From Promethearchaeota archaeon (GTDB taxonomy: Archaea; Asgardarchaeota; Lokiarchaeia; Sigyniarchaeales; SOKP01), in contig JBHLNZ010000007.1 in NCBI GenBank assembly GCA_048941015.1, positions 1-64,000 of the forward strand: a DNA stretch of 64,000 bases. The letters run 5' to 3'. Made by a program: the position numbers and the translations under genes. The notes beneath the pieces were generated by a model. It was not told the DNA's origin and made no database searches. It saw only the letters and a list, made by a program, of their open reading frames with translations. Of the stretch, positions 57,838-64,000 are shown piece by piece. Numbering within the stretch: the first letter of the stretch is position 1; each line of letters starts with the position of its first letter.

Positions 57838-59010
57838 TTAGGATTTTGGATATTCTTTAAATAGATTACCCCAATCAGTAAGCATAAATTTATTAATTCT
57901 TCGTTTTCCAATTGTAGGGTACCAAATCATATCATGATATATTTTAGATGCATAAGTAGGACCTAAAAAAAAGAGTTCACTTCGAAATAACGGATATAAA
58001 AATTGAAGAGGCCCCTTTCTTACCATTTGATCCCCCCATATGACCAAACTGCGTCTAACTTTAAAATTCCAATCTATGTTTGAAACATCTTCTCCAATAA
58101 TCTCAATTTGATCAACATCACCACAACCTAATCCCTCATCATGAGCCATTTTTATCGCTGGTAATTTTAAAGGTTCAAAACCCATCAATTTTGCTACAAT
58201 TGCATCAACAGCGACTTGATCATATCCAGCAAGTAAATAATTTTTAATTCGGGGAATCATTGTACGTGGCCCAGCTCCATCTCCACATACAGTTCCATCA
58301 ACAATTGCCAATATAGATGGATGAATTTGTTTTTGAATAATTAATAAATCGACTAGTACTTCAGACATAAATTGGTGTGAAAAATGTCTCCTTTTGGTTA
58401 AGAGCCCTCCAAATGCGTTTTTCATCGCACAAGTGATTCCTCCATGCTTAAGTACTCCTTCTGTATGTTTCAATGAACCTCCAATTGCACCTGTATGTCC
58501 ATGTGTTTTCATTGTAGGCAAATGTATAATAGGTTTCCCCACATAGAATTTAGGGATATTAAACCCTTCGGGAAATATTTTAGTATCAAGAGCAAATAAT
58601 CGCTTATTTTTCAAATTTAAAAATTTTGATCTAAGAGATTCATATGGGACAAATGGAATTCGGGTTAATGGTAGAAACCATACACCGTATTTTTTAATAA
58701 TTGGAGCCCATTTATTTCCCTTTAAACCCATTTCGATATTGGTGACAACAGTCCTATTTTCCGCTGTAAAAAGATTTTTTGGTTTATAATCATCATCTAT
58801 CATAGTTTTAATTACTCCTTCCAGCTGCCAAGGAGGACTAGAACATGCGGGAAAGAATTTTGACCAACTTAAATTAAGTTTAATAATAATTTTGTTATTA
58901 TGATTATAATATTGTTGATAATCTGCTAAATGCATTAATCTACTATAATCTTTTAAAATGCTAATAGGTGAAGTTTTAACAACAAAAATGTTTGGTTTAT
59001 TTCTTCTCAT
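57838..59010 (-). CDS. DUF362-domain protein
   Basis: KLNLSW, LPTMKTH, AMKNAFGG, DG..CGDGAGP, DQVAVDA. Confidence 0.85.
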   Translation of the reverse strand: MRRNKPNIFVVKTSPISILKDYSRLMHLADYQQYYNHNNKIIIKLNLSWSKFFPACSSPPWQLEGVIKTMIDDDYKPKNLFTAENRTVVTNIEMGLKGNKWAPIIKKYGVWFLPLTRIPFVPYESLRSKFLNLKNKRLFALDTKIFPEGFNIPKFYVGKPIIHLPTMKTHGHTGAIGGSLKHTEGVLKHGGITCAMKNAFGGLLTKRRHFSHQFMSEVLVDLLIIQKQIHPSILAIVDGTVCGDGAGPRTMIPRIKNYLLAGYDQVAVDAIVAKLMGFEPLKLPAIKMAHDEGLGCGDVDQIEIIGEDVSNIDWNFKVRRSLVIWGDQMVRKGPLQFLYPLFRSELFFLGPTYASKIYHDMIWYPTIGKRRINKFMLTDWGNLFKEYPKS

Positions 59011-59122
59011 TGAAGTTTAAAAGATTTAATTATTTATCATTTTATCGGAATTTATTGAAAATAAAATAAACTATAAAAAGATTGAAAATAGAAAATTTAA
59101 GAGATTTTATATTGAAAGGAAT

Positions 59123-60193
59123 TTAATCTGAAATAAATTCCATTCCTTCATATGATTTCTCTTCATCTGCAAAAGGAAGGCAATACATATAATGTTCTCC
59201 TGTTTCTCCTCCTAAGGGGATTCTTACTGGATCTTCTATACCGCATCCCTTATGTTTATCTTTTTCTGGACATCTTGGATGAAAAGGACATCCAATTGGA
59301 GGATTAATTGGACTTGGAACCTCGCCTTTTAAAATAATTCTATTTTTTCTTTGTGAAGGATCAAATGTAGGACGTGCAGATAGTAGAGCTTTTGTATATG
59401 GATGAGACGGATTCCTAAAAACATCTTCAATAGTACCACCTTCAACAAATTTACCCAAATACATTACTGAAATTTTATCAGCGATATGTTGAACAACACT
59501 TAGGTCATGAGTGATGAACAAATAGGATAATCCAAATTCTTGTTGTAAATCCCTTAATAGATTAAGAATCTGGGCTTGTACTGATACATCAAGAGCAGAT
59601 GTAGGCTCATCTAAAATAATTATTTCAGGATTACAAGCTAATGCTCTAGCAATTACTATTCTTTGCTTTTGTCCACCTGAGAATTCATGCGGATATCTAT
59701 CTAGATGTTCGTTCTTCATTGATACGGTTTCTAGAAGTTCAAGCACTCTTCTTCTAATTTCTCTTCTCTTTTTCATTCCTTGTAATATTCTGAGAGGCTC
59801 TCCTATTATATTAACCACTTTCCAACGTGGGTTAAGAGAAGAATCAGGATCTTGAAAAACCATCTGAATACTTTTTCGTAATTTGTGAGTAAAATTCTCA
59901 TCTATTCTTTTGCCCCTATAATATATCTCACCTGATGTGGAGGGTACTAAATTCAAAATAGTATTTCCAATTGTCGTTTTACCACATCCACTTTCTCCAA
60001 CTAAACCTAATGTTTCTCTTTTTCTAAGTTCAAAAGAAACTCCATCTACAGCTTTAACTTCACCAATTTTTCGTTTAAAAATACCGCCTAGGATTGGATA
60101 ATATGTCCTTAAGTTTTTTACGGTTAGAATAGTCTCTTTTTCACTGTCCATATCACTTACTTTTTCTTTAGAAATAGTCATTTTTTTTATCAT
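59123..60193 (-). CDS. dppF: Peptide ABC transporter ATPase (DppF/OppF)
   Basis: GESGCGKT, FSGGQKQR, DEPTSALD, HPYT, CPFHPRC. Confidence 0.92.
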   Translation of the reverse strand: MIKKMTISKEKVSDMDSEKETILTVKNLRTYYPILGGIFKRKIGEVKAVDGVSFELRKRETLGLVGESGCGKTTIGNTILNLVPSTSGEIYYRGKRIDENFTHKLRKSIQMVFQDPDSSLNPRWKVVNIIGEPLRILQGMKKRREIRRRVLELLETVSMKNEHLDRYPHEFSGGQKQRIVIARALACNPEIIILDEPTSALDVSVQAQILNLLRDLQQEFGLSYLFITHDLSVVQHIADKISVMYLGKFVEGGTIEDVFRNPSHPYTKALLSARPTFDPSQRKNRIILKGEVPSPINPPIGCPFHPRCPEKDKHKGCGIEDPVRIPLGGETGEHYMYCLPFADEEKSYEGMEFISD

Positions 60194-60211
60194 TCCTCAA
60201 TATTTAAATAA

Positions 60212-61483
60212 TTATACTTTGTATGATTCAAGATCTTCCTTTTTCTCCCATTCATATTTTGGTGAATCTTTATATTCGGGATCAAACAAATGACAAGCAA
60301 CAAAATAATCTTCTCCAATTTCATTAAGTTTAGGTTTTACTTTATCGCAAATTTCGAGTCGATAATCGCATCTTGGATGAAATCTACAACCTGATGGAGG
60401 ATATATTAAATTAGGGACCATTCCTCTGATAGTTAGTAGTTTTTGGTTTTTCTTTTCAATACTTGGAATAGCTCCAATAAGACCTTTTGTATAAGGATGC
60501 CTTGGATTTTTAAATAGGTCATTAACGTAAGCATATTCTACAATATTTCCACTATACATAACAGCAACACGATCGCAAATATCAGCGATAATACCTAGAT
60601 CATGAGTTATCATAAGAATTGAGGTTTTGAATTTCCTTTTCAAATTTCTCATTAATTCAAGAATTTGAGCTTGAATAGTGACATCTAATGCTGTTGTTGG
60701 TTCATCTGCAATTAGTAAAACTGGATTGCAAGAGAGAGCCATAGCAATCATAACTCTTTGTCGCATGCCTCCACTTAATTCATGTGGATATCGTTTTAAG
60801 ATTCCTTCGGCATCAGCAATACCAATTTCCTTTATAATTTGGGCTGATTTTTCTAAAGCTATAGATTCTATGTTTGGTTTATGAGATGTTGCTTTTTTTA
60901 ATTCATGGATTTTACGTGTAAATTCCTTTTTTTCTTTCTCTGAGAGTGTGTTATTTTCTTCGCTTTCCTTTAATTCTTGCTCCAAATCTTTATATTCTTG
61001 AATGAGTCTCTCTCGCTCCATTAAGCGACTATCTAAAACGCTCTGAAGTTCTTCCTTCTGATGCAGGTAAAATACTTCAGATACTTGCTTTCCTACACTC
61101 AATACCGGATTAAGAGAGTTTAAAGGATCTTGAAAAATCATTGTAATTCTACTACCACGATTTAATCGCATTTCTTCATCCGTTAAATCAAGTAAATTCA
61201 CGCCTCTTAGCAATACTTTTCCTTCTATAATCTTTCCAGGAGCTCTAACAAGTCTTATTATTGATAAAGCTGTTACTGACTTTCCACAACCAGTTTCACC
61301 AACTAGACCAAGGACCTCATCTTCAAAAATTGTAAAAGATACCCCATCAACTGCCTTAACAACCCCTTCTTCAACAAAAAAATAAGTTTTAAGATTTTCT
61401 ATTTTTAACAATGCTTTTGATTGTTTTTCAGGTGAGATTTGATTGTTTTTTTTTGGAAGTATCTGTTCTTCTTCTATAGTCAT
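60212..61483 (-). CDS. dppD: Peptide ABC transporter ATPase (DppD/OppD) with coiled-coil insert
   Basis: GETGCGKS, LSGGMRQR, DEPTTALD, CRFHPRC. Confidence 0.92.
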   Translation of the reverse strand: MTIEEEQILPKKNNQISPEKQSKALLKIENLKTYFFVEEGVVKAVDGVSFTIFEDEVLGLVGETGCGKSVTALSIIRLVRAPGKIIEGKVLLRGVNLLDLTDEEMRLNRGSRITMIFQDPLNSLNPVLSVGKQVSEVFYLHQKEELQSVLDSRLMERERLIQEYKDLEQELKESEENNTLSEKEKKEFTRKIHELKKATSHKPNIESIALEKSAQIIKEIGIADAEGILKRYPHELSGGMRQRVMIAMALSCNPVLLIADEPTTALDVTIQAQILELMRNLKRKFKTSILMITHDLGIIADICDRVAVMYSGNIVEYAYVNDLFKNPRHPYTKGLIGAIPSIEKKNQKLLTIRGMVPNLIYPPSGCRFHPRCDYRLEICDKVKPKLNEIGEDYFVACHLFDPEYKDSPKYEWEKKEDLESYKV

Positions 61484-61547
61484 TTTTATTTTTTCCTACA
61501 GTATTAATATTCTTAATTCTAATAATAAAGAAAATAAAAAAAAATAA

Positions 61548-62558
61548 TTAAAGGTTTTTCAATCGTGGATCTAACGCATCCCTTAATCCATCGCCAACTA
61601 ACATAAAACCTAAAACTGTTATTAAAATCATCATTCCTGGCCAAAATGCTGCCCAAGGTGCATCATACATACGAAGTCTTGCTTGATTTATGTCATTTCC
61701 CCATTCTATTAAAGTTGGATCGCTATATCCAAGAAATGCTAAACCTGCTAAGCTCAATATTATTCCTCCAATATCAAATGTAAATGAAATTATAATTGGT
61801 TGAATACAATTCGGTAATACATGTCTAAACATTATTCTCCAATTTCCCGCACCAGCTACTTTTGCTGCTTCTACATAGGGTAATTCTCTTGCTTGAATTA
61901 CTGATCCTCTAATTAATCTGGAATAATAGGGCACCCCAAGAATACCATATGCTAACATGATATATTCCATTCTCTGGCCTAAAATCGCAACAAATACTAA
62001 AGCAAGAATCAATCCAGGAAAAGCAAGAAACACATCCATAATTCTCATTATTACAGAATCTATCCATCCTCCATAAAATCCTGCAATTATGCCAAATATT
62101 ACTCCTACTACTACACTGAATCCAATTGCGGGTAAAGCTATCGTCAGCGAAGATCTTGCTCCGTAGATCATTCTTGATAAAACATCTCTTCCAAATTTAG
62201 TTGTACCAAGCAAGTGTTCGGGAGAAGGAGGATCAAAAGTTCCAGGAAAAACTCCTGTTGCTTGACCTTCGTAATTGTAGGGAGCAATCCACTGGCCAAA
62301 AACTGCAAATGATATTACCACAAAAATAATGGCAATTCCTATAATTGTAAGAACAGATTTCAGCCGTCTAATAAATTTTCTTTTACTTATTGTTTTTTCA
62401 TATTCAAATTCTCTTCTTGATAGTTCTTCTAATCGAGAACCAGGAATAAAAAGAAATTTTAAATTTTTTACTACCCACAATAACACTTTTTTAATTAAAC
62501 TTTCCTTTCTTTCTTCTTCTTCATAAGCTTCAAGTTCAATTTCTTTTAGTTCTACCAT
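61548..62558 (-). CDS. dppC: Peptide ABC transporter permease (DppC/OppC)
   Basis: HLLGT..GRDVLSR, YVEAA..AGA, GDGLRDALDPR. Confidence 0.93.
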   Translation of the reverse strand: MVELKEIELEAYEEEERKESLIKKVLLWVVKNLKFLFIPGSRLEELSRREFEYEKTISKRKFIRRLKSVLTIIGIAIIFVVISFAVFGQWIAPYNYEGQATGVFPGTFDPPSPEHLLGTTKFGRDVLSRMIYGARSSLTIALPAIGFSVVVGVIFGIIAGFYGGWIDSVIMRIMDVFLAFPGLILALVFVAILGQRMEYIMLAYGILGVPYYSRLIRGSVIQARELPYVEAAKVAGAGNWRIMFRHVLPNCIQPIIISFTFDIGGIILSLAGLAFLGYSDPTLIEWGNDINQARLRMYDAPWAAFWPGMMILITVLGFMLVGDGLRDALDPRLKNL

Positions 62559-62577
62559 AAATATTCACCATTTATTT

Positions 62578-63600
62578 TTAATATCTTATTCTTGGATCTA
62601 TAAGACCATAAATAAGATCAGTTATTAAATTAATAATTATGAAAGTGATAGTTGTTACGAATACAATAGCATTGAGAACCCAGTAATCTGTATTTTGAAT
62701 TGCTGAAACTAGTAATTCCCCAATAGCATGTAAATTAAAGGTGGTTTCAGTGAGTACCGCTCCTGCTAATAATCCTCCAAAATTTAAACCTATTACTGTG
62801 ACAGTGGGAATTAAAGCATTTCTACGGGCGTGAGAATTAATCACATCTTTTTCTTTACAACCTTTTGCTCGAGCGGTTCTGACATAATCTTGTTCTAATA
62901 CCTCAAGCATACTCGAACGTGTCTGTCTCGTGATAGATGCTAGCGTAATAAAAGATAAACACATAATCGGTAAAAATAAATGATATAAGTAATCAAAAAG
63001 CAGATCAAACCTACCTGTTAATATGCAATCAATTATTCGAAAATTAGTAATTACGGTTGGGTCACCGATACCTGCTGTTTTAAACCCTACAGCAGGAAAA
63101 AGGTCAAGTCTGTATCCTAAAAAGTATTGAAGCAGCATTCCTAACCAAAATACAGGAATAGAAACACCTACAAGTGCAAATCCTCGAAAAATTGTGTCTT
63201 TAGCTTTATTTCTATGAGTAGAGGAAATGACTCCTGTTTTTATTCCAACTAAAGATGCGATGATAATGGCAAATATAGCAATATCAAAAGTTCTTGTAAA
63301 TCGACCCATTACTAAATCCCAAACGGGTGCACCTCTGGCATATGAAACCGATACACCCCAATTACCTGTAAACAAATTTTGCAAATAAATAAAATACTGT
63401 TCAATAATCGGTCGATCCAGACCAAGCTGATGTAGAGCAGCAGCGTATTGTTCTGCAGTAAAGCCATGTGATTCTCCGAGATATGCTACTACTGGATCAC
63501 CGGGCATTAGTCTTGAAAGAATAAAGGTTAAAGTTAATACTCCAAATAGTACAGGAAGCAAAGCCAACAATCGTCTAAATATGTATTTTAATAAACTCAT
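62578..63600 (-). CDS. dppB: Peptide ABC transporter permease (DppB/OppB)
   Basis: PGDP, DYVRTARAKG, IDPRIRY. Confidence 0.93.
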   Translation of the reverse strand: MSLLKYIFRRLLALLPVLFGVLTLTFILSRLMPGDPVVAYLGESHGFTAEQYAAALHQLGLDRPIIEQYFIYLQNLFTGNWGVSVSYARGAPVWDLVMGRFTRTFDIAIFAIIIASLVGIKTGVISSTHRNKAKDTIFRGFALVGVSIPVFWLGMLLQYFLGYRLDLFPAVGFKTAGIGDPTVITNFRIIDCILTGRFDLLFDYLYHLFLPIMCLSFITLASITRQTRSSMLEVLEQDYVRTARAKGCKEKDVINSHARRNALIPTVTVIGLNFGGLLAGAVLTETTFNLHAIGELLVSAIQNTDYWVLNAIVFVTTITFIIINLITDLIYGLIDPRIRY

Positions 63601-63681
63601 ATCCTATTTTATCACTTCAATTTATTTTATTTTCTGGTAAGAAAATTAAACTTTTAAGATTTTTGTTAATTTCAATAAAAA

Positions 63682-64000
63682 TTACACTTTTTTTATTCTC
63701 TCTAAGTATCTTTTATATTGTTCTTTTGCATATGATGCTAAAATTGCTGTAAATAAATTAATCCCGAAGAGGGTTAAAATTGTGATATATCCTTCAATCC
63801 GGATAAAATATCCTCCTATTATTGTGATATCAAATCCATTTAAGAACCAATACCATATCCAGGACATAATAATAATAATTGGAGTAAGCCATATGCTATT
63901 TCTTATTCCATATTCAAAAAAATTTTCTCTGAAAACCATAATAAATACTATAAGAATTAAAATAATTAGAGATAGATATGAGGAAGGACTAAATAAGACT
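63682..64000 (-). CDS. Membrane protein, 5'-truncated by the window edge
   Basis: Frame stays open upstream of ATG 63939 to the edge (VLFSPSSYLSLIILILIVFI-M); hydrophobic. Confidence 0.7.
   Translation of the reverse strand, partial: VLFSPSSYLSLIILILIVFIMVFRENFFEYGIRNSIWLTPIIIIMSWIWYWFLNGFDITIIGGYFIRIEGYITILTLFGINLFTAILASYAKEQYKRYLERIKKV

Noticed and set aside
58430-58500. In-frame insertion in DUF362 (GAIGGSLKHTEGVLKHGG) as a second mRNA intron
   Set aside because: The flanks can pair (ACAGGTG/CACTTGT on the minus strand), but there is no 4-bp central helix with opposed 3-nt bulges; it reads as protein.
382-62526. Short ORFs antisense to known genes (e.g. 382-711, 811-1014, 1700-1969, 15217-15432, 20193-20468, 25295-25546, 29699-29977, 33101-33448, 43624-43968, 60678-60884, 62329-62526)
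   Set aside because: Shadow frames of well-supported genes with no recognisable motifs.
1-64000. Selenoprotein genes or SECIS elements
   Set aside because: No recognised protein appears split by an in-frame TGA. The TGA stops checked (10096, 18775, 32322) look like ordinary ends, two of them ATGA overlaps. The K-turn at 40309-40331 lacks the long upper helix and apical AA of a SECIS. A SECISearch-type run would be more sensitive.
1-64000. CRISPR arrays, IS elements, integrases, rRNA
   Set aside because: No regularly spaced repeats, transposase or integrase motifs, or long GC-rich RNA genes seen.

Overview
Low-GC archaeal chromosome segment, most likely Asgard archaea (Lokiarchaeia-like). 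This is inferred from several eukaryote-signature proteins (Vps28-like, OSTC/OST3-6-like, roadblock, TFE-beta/RPC34-like), selenocysteine machinery and a Loki-CTERM-like sorting tail. It is mostly core genome: an L11-L1-L10-L12 operon, secY plus an EMC3/TMCO1-family gene, L34e-cmk-L14e, an S19-to-L15 ribosomal protein cluster, three tRNA genes, SepSecS and SelB, metabolic and RNA-modification genes, and a Dpp/Opp ABC transporter. The tRNAs are Ser-GGA (two introns), Ile-UAU (three introns) and Sec-UCA. The main discovery is a 29-nt intron (398-426) with a canonical bulge-helix-bulge structure inside the ribosomal protein uL11 gene. Removing it at the standard endonuclease cut sites restores the conserved PPIGPAVGPTG motif and a 165-aa protein, implying tRNA-type splicing of an essential mRNA. 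The second highlight is a eukaryote-style tRNA-Ile(UAU). No CRISPR array, rRNA, mobile element or selenoprotein gene was seen. All family assignments come from motif recognition by eye, not database searches.
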